Positions 11,990 through 20,516 of a stretch of DNA of 64,000 nucleotides are shown piece after piece (within the stretch, counting starts at the first letter, position 1; each line of letters opens with the position of its first letter). The stretch comes from Deltaproteobacteria bacterium (GTDB lineage: Bacteria; Desulfobacterota; Desulfomonilia; UBA1062). Both the position numbers and the translations under genes were made by a program. Below the pieces are notes generated by a model, which saw nothing but the letters and a program-made list of their open reading frames with translations, searched no databases and was not told where the DNA came from. Where the stretch lies: NCBI GenBank assembly GCA_029547045.1, contig JAKPQL010000076.1, positions 1,442 through 65,441 on the forward strand, read 5' to 3'.

Positions 11990-13321
11990 CTATAGTACGG
12001 CAAGGTAGGTGTCAATCTCGTACTTGCTGACATGGATGCGGAAGTTGTCCCACTCCTTCTTCTTGTTCTCGATGAACTTCTCGAAGATGTGGTCGCCCAG
12101 GGCCTCGCGGACCAGAGAACTCCTGGAGACCTCCTGGATGGCCTCGAAGAGGTTGCCGGGCAGCGAGGTGATGCCGGCCTCCTCCCGCGCGTGCTCGTCC
12201 ATCTCGAAGATGTCCTGCTCCACGGGTTCAGCCAGGGGGTACTTCCTGGTGATGCCCTCGAGGCCGGCAGCGATCTGGACCGCAAAGGCCAGGTACGGGT
12301 TGCATGCAGGGTCCGGGGCCCTGAACTCGATGCGGGTGGCGTTGGCCTTGCCCGGCTTGTACATGGGCACGCGCACCATGGCAGAGCGGTTCCTGCGGGC
12401 CCAGGATATGTAGACCGGCGCCTCGTAGCCGGGCACGAGCCGCTTGTAGGAGTTCACCCACTGGTTCGTCACGGCCACGATCTCGCGGGCGTGCTTGAGG
12501 ATGCCGGCGATGTAGCTCTTGCCGACCTTGGAGAGGTGGTACTTGTCCTTGGCGTCGAAGAACGCGTTCTCGTCCCCCTTGAAGAGCGACTGGTGCACGT
12601 GCATGCCGCTGCCGTTCCCCCCGAAGATGGGCTTGGGCATGAAGGTGGCGTAAACGCCCTTCTGGCGGGCGATCTCCTTCACCGCGGTGCGGTAGGTCAT
12701 GACGATGTCCGCCATCCTGAGTGCCTCGGCGTACCTCAGATCGATCTCGTGCTGGGAAGGCGCCACCTCGTGGTGGCTGTACTCCACCCGGATGCCCATG
12801 TTCTGCAGGGCGAAGATGGTCTCGCGCCGGAGGTCCGTGCCAAGGTCTATGGGCAACCCGTCGAAGTAGCCGCCCCGGTCTATGATCTCCGGGCACGTGC
12901 TGTTGGCGAAGTAGAAGTACTCGAGCTCGGGTCCGAGGTATGCGGTGTAGCCCAGCTTGGCGGCCTTCCTGAGCACGCGCTTCAGGGCGTAGCGGGGGTC
13001 ACCGTCGTACGGCGTGCCGTCCGGGTTTACAATGTCGCAGATCATGCGTGCCACCGGCTTCTCCGCGGGTCTCCAGGGGAGCATCTGGAAGGTGGTGAGG
13101 TCGGGTTTGGCGATCATGTCGCTCTCGTGGATGCGGGCGAACCCCTCGATGGAGGAACCGTCGAACCCCATTCCCTCCTCGATGCCTTCGTCGAGCTCGG
13201 AAGGGGTGATCTGGAAGCTCTTCAGCCTCCCGATGACATCCGTGAACCAGAACTGGATGAAGCTTATGTTGTACTCCTTCACCGCCTTCAGTACATCCGC
13301 TTTCGTCTTGCAGTTGAACAT
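11990..13321 (-). CDS. glnA: glutamine synthetase type I (short, GSI-alpha-like)
   Basis: 443 aa. N-terminus ...ISFIQFWFTDVIGRLKSF, plus MPKPIFGGNGSGMHVHQS and NRSAMVRVP motifs. Confidence 0.93.
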   Translation of the reverse strand: MFNCKTKADVLKAVKEYNISFIQFWFTDVIGRLKSFQITPSELDEGIEEGMGFDGSSIEGFARIHESDMIAKPDLTTFQMLPWRPAEKPVARMICDIVNPDGTPYDGDPRYALKRVLRKAAKLGYTAYLGPELEYFYFANSTCPEIIDRGGYFDGLPIDLGTDLRRETIFALQNMGIRVEYSHHEVAPSQHEIDLRYAEALRMADIVMTYRTAVKEIARQKGVYATFMPKPIFGGNGSGMHVHQSLFKGDENAFFDAKDKYHLSKVGKSYIAGILKHAREIVAVTNQWVNSYKRLVPGYEAPVYISWARRNRSAMVRVPMYKPGKANATRIEFRAPDPACNPYLAFAVQIAAGLEGITRKYPLAEPVEQDIFEMDEHAREEAGITSLPGNLFEAIQEVSRSSLVREALGDHIFEKFIENKKKEWDNFRIHVSKYEIDTYLAVL

Positions 13322-13378
13322 AGATCATCGTCCTCCGTAATGGTGTTGTGCGCCTACCTGCACGCGTAAGGCATCGCC

Positions 13379-15718
13379 CTATCCTATTGGAACGTTCTCC
13401 CTGAGCTCCCAGATCCCGCACGGGCACGCCCCGGCGCAGAAGCCGCACCCGATGCACCGATCCGCATCCACCACATATTCGAACCCGCCGCCCTCAAGCG
13501 TTTTCCTGGATATGGCACTGCCCGGGCAGAGCGTCTCGCACAGGCCGCAGTCCCTGCAGCCCCCGCACGAGGCGCACTGCACTGAGCAGGCATGGATGTC
13601 AGGCAGTTCCTTCACCGACGGGTCATAGTATTCGAGGTGGATGCGTGCCGTGTCGATGACCGAGAGCTGGTCATGGGTCTCCTGCTGACCTCTCAGTGCG
13701 GCATCTATTGCGGAAGCCACCTTCCTGCCCGCTCCTATGGCATCCGTGATGAGACCAGGACGGACGCTGTCACCGATGGCGAAGACCCGGGGGTCGGAGG
13801 TCCGATAGTCATCGCCCACCCTGATGAACCCGCCCTGCGTGTCGATGGAATCGGGGAGGAAGGAGAGGTCCGGCCTGTCCCCGATGGACGCCACTACCAG
13901 GTTCGCCGGGATCTCTGTCCCGTCGGACAGGACCACGCCCTTCTTGGTGATGGCCTCGGTCTTCACAGGCCAGACGAACCTGGCGCCCGCGGCTTCGGCG
14001 GCTGCCCTCTCCTTGCCGAAGGATGCGGGTTTCTGGATGTCGATGAGCGTGACTTCCTTGGCACCGAGGCGATATGCCTCTGTAGCCGCATCGCAGCCAA
14101 CATTGCCCGCTCCGATGATCACGACGCGCTCACCCACGCCGATCCTGTTTCGTTTGGCGGACCGGAGGAAGTCGAGTGCCGGCATTGCCCTGTCATACCC
14201 CTTGACCCTGAGTTCCCGGGGATTCTGCGCCCCCACTGCAATGACGGTATACTCATACCGATCGCGAATGTCCATGAAAAGCTCTTCCGTGACGCCCCCC
14301 TCGTCGAGCTTCACCCAGGCAACCCTGTCACGCAGGCGCTTCAGCTCGTGCTCGAACACGTCCTTCGGGATCCGGCTGAAGGGGATGACGCTGCGGATCT
14401 TTCCGCCCAGATCCTCGGCCCTGTCATGGATGACCGGCTCGTGGCCCTTGAGCCACAACTGCCACGCTACGGAGAGTCCTGCGGGCCCTCCGCCGATGAT
14501 GGCCACCTTCTTCCCCGTGGGCTGGAGCGGTTCCGGTTCAACGGCGTCGAGGCTCGCCCTGCCGAGAAGGGCCGTATCGACGGGAACCAGGTTCGCCTTT
14601 CCTCTGGTGCACCCTTCCATGCACAGGTTCGGGCACAGATGGCCGCACACCGTGGCAGGGAAAGGGGTGTATTCCAGCGACAGGTTCACCGCCTTGTCGA
14701 GCTCACCCTTGCGGATGAGCTCCCACCTCTTCTGCACCGGGATCCCGGTGGGACAGCTCGCCTGGCAGGGCGGGAGATACTTGTGGTTCTCCCACGAGGG
14801 CACGAACCTCCTCAGATCGCCCGTGGTGATGACCGGGATCTGTCCCCGATCGAGGTTGGTGAGGTCTCCGATGAGTCCGCCTGCGCCCAGTTCCCTGTCC
14901 CAGACCTCGGTATGGAACTGGCGCATGGTGGATCTTCGTATGGACAGCTTCTCCGATGGCGCGCGGGCCGTGATGAGCTGCCATGTGGACCGGTCATGGG
15001 TGAGCTCTTCAAAGATGTATTCCTTGCCCGCCACCTGGAGGAAGTCCTTGAGGCCTTTTCTCAGCCACTCCCACTCTTCGTCCGTGATGCGCACGATCTT
15101 CGCGTCCGCCTCACTGTAGGACTTCTGGTGACCGTGGAAGAAGATCTTCCCCCCCACCATGCCCACGCACGGCCGGGTACCCAGGATGCTGTTCCGCCGG
15201 TAGTGAGAGCCGTGACCGCACACCACGGCGACGCCGCCGGCCATGAACTCTGCGAACGAGTCCCCCACCCCACCCAGGACCCAGAGCTCGGGCGGCTCGA
15301 AGCGGGGGTTCTGCTTGGTCATGGTCATGCCCCGGGCACCGATGTCGCCGGCCACGTAGATCCTGCCCTGGGCCATGGCGTTGGCCACCCCGTTGGTGGC
15401 ATCGCCGTGCACGATGATGGTGGCCCCTGCATTGAGCCAGCCCACGTCGTCGGAGGCGGACCCGTGCACCTCGATGGTGGTGCCGGGCGCACCCATGGAA
15501 CCTATGCGCTGCCCTGGGAAGCCCCTGATTTCCACCTTGACGGGCTTCCCGTCAGTGTTCCACAGCCTGCCCCCGATGCCGTGCTGGCCGTGGGCCTGCA
15601 CCTCGATTCGGTGGTACCCCTCGGCCACAGCCCGCTGGATGCGCTCCTCGAGGATGCGGGACTCGATGCGGCGGTCGTCCTCCATGCCGGCTATGAATAT
15701 GCTGTCATGCTGTGCCAT
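13379..15718 (-). CDS. glutamate synthase GXGXG (GltB C-terminal) domain fused to a GltD-like NAD(P)H/FAD oxidoreductase and a 2x[4Fe-4S] ferredoxin tail
   Basis: 779 aa. N-terminal GXGXG beta-helix (HGQHGIGGRLW..., GDATNGVANAMAQGRIYVAGDIGARG). Central GltD-type region (KKVAIIGGGPAGLS, VVIIGAGNVGCD, FAIGDS). C-terminal CxxCxxCxxxCP x2 (CGGCRDCGLCETLCP, CIGCGFCAGACP). Confidence 0.85.
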   Translation of the reverse strand: MAQHDSIFIAGMEDDRRIESRILEERIQRAVAEGYHRIEVQAHGQHGIGGRLWNTDGKPVKVEIRGFPGQRIGSMGAPGTTIEVHGSASDDVGWLNAGATIIVHGDATNGVANAMAQGRIYVAGDIGARGMTMTKQNPRFEPPELWVLGGVGDSFAEFMAGGVAVVCGHGSHYRRNSILGTRPCVGMVGGKIFFHGHQKSYSEADAKIVRITDEEWEWLRKGLKDFLQVAGKEYIFEELTHDRSTWQLITARAPSEKLSIRRSTMRQFHTEVWDRELGAGGLIGDLTNLDRGQIPVITTGDLRRFVPSWENHKYLPPCQASCPTGIPVQKRWELIRKGELDKAVNLSLEYTPFPATVCGHLCPNLCMEGCTRGKANLVPVDTALLGRASLDAVEPEPLQPTGKKVAIIGGGPAGLSVAWQLWLKGHEPVIHDRAEDLGGKIRSVIPFSRIPKDVFEHELKRLRDRVAWVKLDEGGVTEELFMDIRDRYEYTVIAVGAQNPRELRVKGYDRAMPALDFLRSAKRNRIGVGERVVIIGAGNVGCDAATEAYRLGAKEVTLIDIQKPASFGKERAAAEAAGARFVWPVKTEAITKKGVVLSDGTEIPANLVVASIGDRPDLSFLPDSIDTQGGFIRVGDDYRTSDPRVFAIGDSVRPGLITDAIGAGRKVASAIDAALRGQQETHDQLSVIDTARIHLEYYDPSVKELPDIHACSVQCASCGGCRDCGLCETLCPGSAISRKTLEGGGFEYVVDADRCIGCGFCAGACPCGIWELRENVPIG

Positions 15719-15736
15719 GGTTGTTCTCCGGCCTCC

Positions 15737-17371
15737 CTACACCACGTACCGAATGCCCAGGCGCTCCGCTGCGTTACGGTCGTCGATGCCTAAGGCATCC
15801 GCCATGCCTATGGGCAGCGACGTGGACCTGCCGAGCGGTGCAAGAATCTTCTTGAGCTCTGCATCGAAGCTCACAAACACGTCCACCAGCCTCTGGGCGA
15901 CATCTTCCGGGTCGAGCCGCCGGTAGATCCGGGGGTCCTGGGAGGTGATGCCCTTGGGACAGAGCCCTATGTTGCAGATGTTGCAGCGGTCCGCCTCCGA
16001 ACCAACGCAGCCCCCGCAGGCCTGCATGATGTACTTGCCCGCCTGGATCCCGCTGGCACCGAGCATGATGAGCGCCGCCGCGTTTGCGGCCAGGTTCCCG
16101 TTCTTGCCCACCCCTCCGCCGGCAAGGATCGGGATTTCGTTCTGCTTGCCTATCTTCACCAGGTTGAGATAGGCGTCGCGGATATTGCTGGCGATGGGAT
16201 GGCCCATGTGGTTCATGGACACGTTGTAGGCCGCGCCCGTGCCGCCATCCTCCCCGTCGATGGCGAGGCCTGCGGCGTAGGGGTTCCGGGCCAGGTTGTT
16301 CAGCACGGCGAGCGTCGTGGTTGTGGCCGAAATCTTCGGGTACACAGGCACCCTGAAGCCCCAGGCCATGCACATGGACTGGATCATCTTGGCCACGGAC
16401 TCCTCGATGGAGTACTTCGTCTGGTGCGTGGGCGGCGACGGCAGACTCACGCCCGTGGGCACGCCCCGGATGGCCGCGATGAGCTTGTTTACCTTGTACC
16501 ACATGAGCAGACCGCCGTCCCCGGGCTTGGCCCCCTGTCCGTACTTGATCTCGATGGCGCAGGGGTCTTCCTTCATCTCGGGCAGGGCGTGGATGATCTC
16601 ATCCCACCCGAAGTATCCGCTGGCGATCTGGAGAATGACGTACTTGAGGAACCGCGAACGCAGGAGCCTCGGCGGGCACCCTCCCTCGCCGGTGCACATG
16701 CGCACGGGCATGCCCAGTTCCTCGTTCAGGTAGGCTACGCCCATCTGGAGGCCTTCCCACATGTTCGGGGACAGTGCGCCGAAGGACATGCCTCCCACCA
16801 TGAGGGGATAGATCTCCCGCACGGGCGGTATCCACAGGTTTTCCCGCTGGGCTCTGAGGGACTCCTCCGGCGAGAGGATCCTCCCCAGCAGGGTCCTCAC
16901 CTCGAACTCGTGCCTGCCGGCGTCAAGGGCTGGGTCGGTGAGCATGGAGATTCGCACGAACTTGATCCTGTCCAGCACGCTCCCCGGGTCGTTGCGCCTG
17001 CCCCCCCTGCGCCTGGGCTCGCCGCCCTTGTTGACATGGAAGCGGAGCTTGTCGGCCTCGTCGCTGCGCAACGCCATGATGGCCCCGTTGGGGCATACCT
17101 GGGTGCACAGTCCGCACCCGATGCATGCCCGGGCCGGGTCCGTCACCTGGTCGATGCCGTGATAGACCTGGTAGAGGTTCGAGGGCTTCGTGGCGAGACC
17201 CACGGAGACCTCCATGGTGCGCTTGCGGTGAACGCCGAGTCCGATGGCCCTCACCGGGCAGGCTGCCGTGCACCTGCCGCACAGGGTGCACTTCTCCCTT
17301 TTCCACAGGACCCGCCAGGGCAGGTCCCTGGTGCTCAGTGTGGACGGATGCAGGTTTCCCACTGGTTCCAT
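15737..17371 (-). CDS. glutamate synthase FMN/synthase domain subunit with N-terminal 4Fe-4S ferredoxin domain (archaeal-type GltB2)
   Basis: 544 aa. CTLCGRCTAACP and CIGCGLCTQVCP ferredoxin motifs, then a Glu_synthase TIM-barrel region (IKYGQGAKPGDGG, EDGGTGAA, LAGGGV). Confidence 0.9.
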   Translation of the reverse strand: MEPVGNLHPSTLSTRDLPWRVLWKREKCTLCGRCTAACPVRAIGLGVHRKRTMEVSVGLATKPSNLYQVYHGIDQVTDPARACIGCGLCTQVCPNGAIMALRSDEADKLRFHVNKGGEPRRRGGRRNDPGSVLDRIKFVRISMLTDPALDAGRHEFEVRTLLGRILSPEESLRAQRENLWIPPVREIYPLMVGGMSFGALSPNMWEGLQMGVAYLNEELGMPVRMCTGEGGCPPRLLRSRFLKYVILQIASGYFGWDEIIHALPEMKEDPCAIEIKYGQGAKPGDGGLLMWYKVNKLIAAIRGVPTGVSLPSPPTHQTKYSIEESVAKMIQSMCMAWGFRVPVYPKISATTTTLAVLNNLARNPYAAGLAIDGEDGGTGAAYNVSMNHMGHPIASNIRDAYLNLVKIGKQNEIPILAGGGVGKNGNLAANAAALIMLGASGIQAGKYIMQACGGCVGSEADRCNICNIGLCPKGITSQDPRIYRRLDPEDVAQRLVDVFVSFDAELKKILAPLGRSTSLPIGMADALGIDDRNAAERLGIRYVV

Positions 17372-18465
17372 ATCTGTACCTCTGTCCGCGCGGCATCAAC
17401 GTATGCCACGTCGTACTTCATGGGCTGGTATTCCAGCTTTCTGTCTCGGTCCGGGATGGCCTCGTCCAGTCCGCACATCTCCGAGGAAAAGGCATACCTC
17501 CCCTTTTTACCTCCAATGACGCCAGGCCTGAGCTTCTTGGAATCCTGCACCATGAACAGGGTCTTGTCCGGCAGGCACCCGATCACGCAGTTTGGTCCGT
17601 CGACGGTGAGGAACCGGCACGCATGCTTCAGGTTCCGAAGATAGGATGCATCCGGGTGTCGCAGGAGTTCCTCGTCCTTGAGCGGGGTGATGATATGCTT
17701 GTATTCGGGCAGCCCCAGGCCCAGGGTGTTCTTCGTGTAGTGGAGGATGTGGGCAAAGACCTCGGAGTCCGACTGGTAACCCATGTACCCCGGGAAACCC
17801 CGGGACATGAGGTATTCCCTGTTGGGCACGAAAGCGGTGTTCTCCCCGTTGGTCATGGTGGCATATCCCTGGATGAAGAAGGGGTGGCAGGCATAGAGCG
17901 TGATGGCATAGTTCGTGTTCTGGCGGCCCTGGGCAAGGAGGACCCTGGCCCTGAGCCCGTTGTTGTCCAGACCGAGGTACTGGGCCACCTCCATGGGGTC
18001 TCCCACCTCCTTGATCATGATGGTGTCCGGCCAGAATGAGAAGACCACCATGGACTGGTCTTCCTCGCCGAGACGCCTCAACTCCACGCGGATGTTCATG
18101 AGCCGGTCCGCGATCTCAGCAGGGGAGAATCCCTCCCACTCGTACGGGTATTCGTAGACGCGGATGAGATAGGCGTCTCGTTTGGGCGTCCCCGCGGGCG
18201 GCTTCCCGCTGGGTCTGATGGAGAGCTTGAACTTGGTGAGCAGACCTATCTCCATCATGTAGCGGTCGAGCTTCTTGATTCCCTCCTGGGAGAAGATCCC
18301 GGACAGGATGGGAAAGTCCCTGAACTGCTCCAGCTCACCCCCAAGGTCCGTGAGCATGAGCCCTACCCCGGACCCGTCATGACCTTCCTTCATGGCGTTG
18401 AGCGCTCGGATGGCCACCATGGGGGAAAGGGCATCTTCACTGGTGATGGCAAAGAGACGGCACAC
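17335..18465 (-). CDS. glutamate synthase class II glutamine amidotransferase subunit (archaeal-type GltB1)
   Basis: 376 aa. GTG start followed by Cys (M-CRLFAITS), as expected for an Ntn nucleophile. RBS GGGAGGA 6 nt upstream. The 3' end overlaps the next gene by 37 nt. Confidence 0.85.
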   Translation of the reverse strand: MCRLFAITSEDALSPMVAIRALNAMKEGHDGSGVGLMLTDLGGELEQFRDFPILSGIFSQEGIKKLDRYMMEIGLLTKFKLSIRPSGKPPAGTPKRDAYLIRVYEYPYEWEGFSPAEIADRLMNIRVELRRLGEEDQSMVVFSFWPDTIMIKEVGDPMEVAQYLGLDNNGLRARVLLAQGRQNTNYAITLYACHPFFIQGYATMTNGENTAFVPNREYLMSRGFPGYMGYQSDSEVFAHILHYTKNTLGLGLPEYKHIITPLKDEELLRHPDASYLRNLKHACRFLTVDGPNCVIGCLPDKTLFMVQDSKKLRPGVIGGKKGRYAFSSEMCGLDEAIPDRDRKLEYQPMKYDVAYVDAARTEVQIWNQWETCIRPH

Positions 18466-18507
18466 GCATGTTCCTCCCTGGGCTTCTTGTCATGCTCCTT
18501 CAGTATA

Positions 18508-18522
18508 GCCATAACTATGCCA
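18508..18522 (-). promoter_or_regulatory. candidate sigma-54 (-24/-12) promoter of the GOGAT-glnA operon
   Basis: The minus strand reads TGGCATAGTTATGGC. GG-N10-GC spacing is correct, but the -12 element is TGGC rather than TTGC. It lies about 40 nt upstream of the GTG start at 18465. Confidence 0.45.
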
Positions 18523-18764
18523 GGCTGGGCATGGCTGTATCTTTTCCACGATATTGTGCCGCTGATGTCTGCACAGGTGCTTCATTTCGTTGTTATCTAT
18601 TTACAGTGTTGTTCATGGTTACAGGTACAGTTACTGCTACCATGCCATGCTGTCTGATGCATTCTTGTGCAGCAGGCCTGTCTTGATACATAATTGTTGA
18701 CATTCTGGACCCTCATCCAGAAAGCCATTCACTGTATGGGGTGGGGATGGTATGTTTCGGTGTG

Positions 18765-20285
18765 CTAGGCCTTCTTGGCCTTGAAGCGCCTCGTGTCGAT
18801 GCCGTACTTCTCCACCTTGTACTGGATTATGCGCTTGGTGGTGCCCAGGAGTCGCGCTGCCTGGCTCTGGTTCCCCTTGGCGTCCTTCATGGCGTCGATG
18901 ATGAGGGAGCGCTCGTAGGTGTTCACCAGGCTTTCGAGCTTGCCGTGCTGCTTCTTCTCCTGGCCGGAGGTCTTCATCTGGAGAGACGGCGGGAGGTGGA
19001 TCCCGTCGATGGTGTCGCCGCCTGCGATGAGTACTGCACGTTCGATGCAGTTCTCCAGTTCCCGGACATTGCCGGGCCAGTGGTAGGCGAGCAGCATGTC
19101 GATGGCGGGCGTGGAGATGCGCTTGACGGTCTTCTTGAACTGCCTGGCATACTTGTCCACGAAATAGTCTGCCAGCAGCATGATGTCCCCTCCCCGCTCC
19201 CGGAGCGGCGGCATGTAGATGGGGAACACGTTGAGCCGGTAGTAGAGGTCCGACCTGAAGGTGCCCGATGCCACGTCCTGATCGAGGTCGCGGTTGGTGG
19301 CCGTGATGATCCTCACGTTCACCTTGATCATGGCGTTGGAGCCGAGCGGCTGGATCTGGCGCTCCTGGATCACGCGCAGGAGCTTCGCCTGGGCCATGGC
19401 GGAGAGCTCCCCCACCTCGTCGAGGAAGATGCTGCCGCCGTTCGCCTCCTCGAAGCGGCCACGCCTCTTCTGGCTGGCCCCGGTGAAGGCGCCCCGCTCG
19501 TGTCCGAACAGCTCGCTCTCGATGAGGGTGTCCGGCATGGCGGCGCAGTTCACCTCGATGAAGGGCCCTCCTGCGCGCGGGCTGTTCTTGTGGATGGCCC
19601 TGGCCACGAGCTCCTTGCCCGTTCCGGTCTCGCCGTGGATGAGCACCGTGGTGTTGGAGTCGGCCACCTGGGAGACGAGCCCGAACACCTCCTTCATGCT
19701 CTTGGAATTTCCGATGATCTCCTCTGAGGGACGCTGGCTCTTGCCGATGATGTTCTTGAGGCGCCGGTTCTCCTCCTCGATGGCGCGGGTGTGGACGGCC
19801 TTGGCGATGAGGTCCGCCACCGCGCCGAGGAGCTGCAGCTCGTACTCCTGGCTGTTCACCTCATGTGCCACCTTGTCGGCGGAGAGCACGCCCACCACCC
19901 TGTCGTCGTACATGATGGGCACGCAGAGAAAGGCAAGCTCGCACTGGTTCAGGTTCTTCCTCGCCCCGGTGCGGTCGAGAAACTGCTTGTCCTTGCCAAG
20001 GTTGGTGATGACCATGGGCTTTCCCGTCTGCGCCACCTGGCCGGTAATGCCCTCCCCGGGCATGTAGGTGATCTCCATTCCATCGATGTCGATCCCGTGC
20101 GCCACGTCGAGGATGGCAACGCCGGAGTCCCTGTCCAGGATGGAGATCATGCCGCGGTTCATGCCCGTGCCGGTGCTGAGCTCGTCGAGGACCCGCTCCA
20201 GCTGCACACGGAGATCCAGCGGTGTGGCCAGTATCATTGCCAGGTCGTGGAGCACCTTGAGATCGTCATAACTGAACGGCACCAT
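18765..20285 (-). CDS. sigma-54-dependent transcriptional activator, GAF-AAA+-HTH (NifA/NtrC-like, no receiver domain)
   Basis: 506 aa. N-terminal GAF-like domain, Walker A GETGTGKE, GAFTGA loop ESELFGHERGAFTGA, and a Fis-type HTH QSQAARLLGTTKRIIQYKVEKYGI. Confidence 0.9.
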   Translation of the reverse strand: MVPFSYDDLKVLHDLAMILATPLDLRVQLERVLDELSTGTGMNRGMISILDRDSGVAILDVAHGIDIDGMEITYMPGEGITGQVAQTGKPMVITNLGKDKQFLDRTGARKNLNQCELAFLCVPIMYDDRVVGVLSADKVAHEVNSQEYELQLLGAVADLIAKAVHTRAIEEENRRLKNIIGKSQRPSEEIIGNSKSMKEVFGLVSQVADSNTTVLIHGETGTGKELVARAIHKNSPRAGGPFIEVNCAAMPDTLIESELFGHERGAFTGASQKRRGRFEEANGGSIFLDEVGELSAMAQAKLLRVIQERQIQPLGSNAMIKVNVRIITATNRDLDQDVASGTFRSDLYYRLNVFPIYMPPLRERGGDIMLLADYFVDKYARQFKKTVKRISTPAIDMLLAYHWPGNVRELENCIERAVLIAGGDTIDGIHLPPSLQMKTSGQEKKQHGKLESLVNTYERSLIIDAMKDAKGNQSQAARLLGTTKRIIQYKVEKYGIDTRRFKAKKA

Positions 20286-20466
20286 GCATGTTCTCCTTTC
20301 TTCCTACAGCCATATTCCCTGCTATATAGGACAGGATCGGCACTTGTCCACATTATTATTCAGTTTTGTGCCGTATTTTTATAATATGCACGATATTGTA
20401 CCTTCTGAAACCTCTTGAGATATACAATCATTCTTAATTTCCAGATGTTATGAACTCAATGAGCAG

Positions 20467-20482
20467 TGGCATTCACATTGCT
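20467..20482 (+). promoter_or_regulatory. sigma-54 (-24/-12) promoter of amtB-glnK(-glnD)
   Basis: TGGCATTCACATTGCT matches TGGCAC-N5-TTGCW in spacing and in both the GG and GC elements. It lies 35 nt upstream of ATG 20517. Confidence 0.7.
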
Positions 20483-20516
20483 TTCAAGGTGCCCAGACAT
20501 CCCAAAGGAGGAACGT

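Noticed and set aside
13592-15793. 733-aa plus-strand ORF
   Set aside because: It is antisense to the GXGXG-GltD-ferredoxin gene, i.e. a shadow ORF.
20466-20516. GTG-initiated 17-codon N-terminal extension of amtB, as given in the ORF track
   Set aside because: The extension overlaps the sigma-54 -24/-12 promoter (20467-20482). ATG 20517 has a strong AAAGGAGG RBS, and Amt homology begins there.
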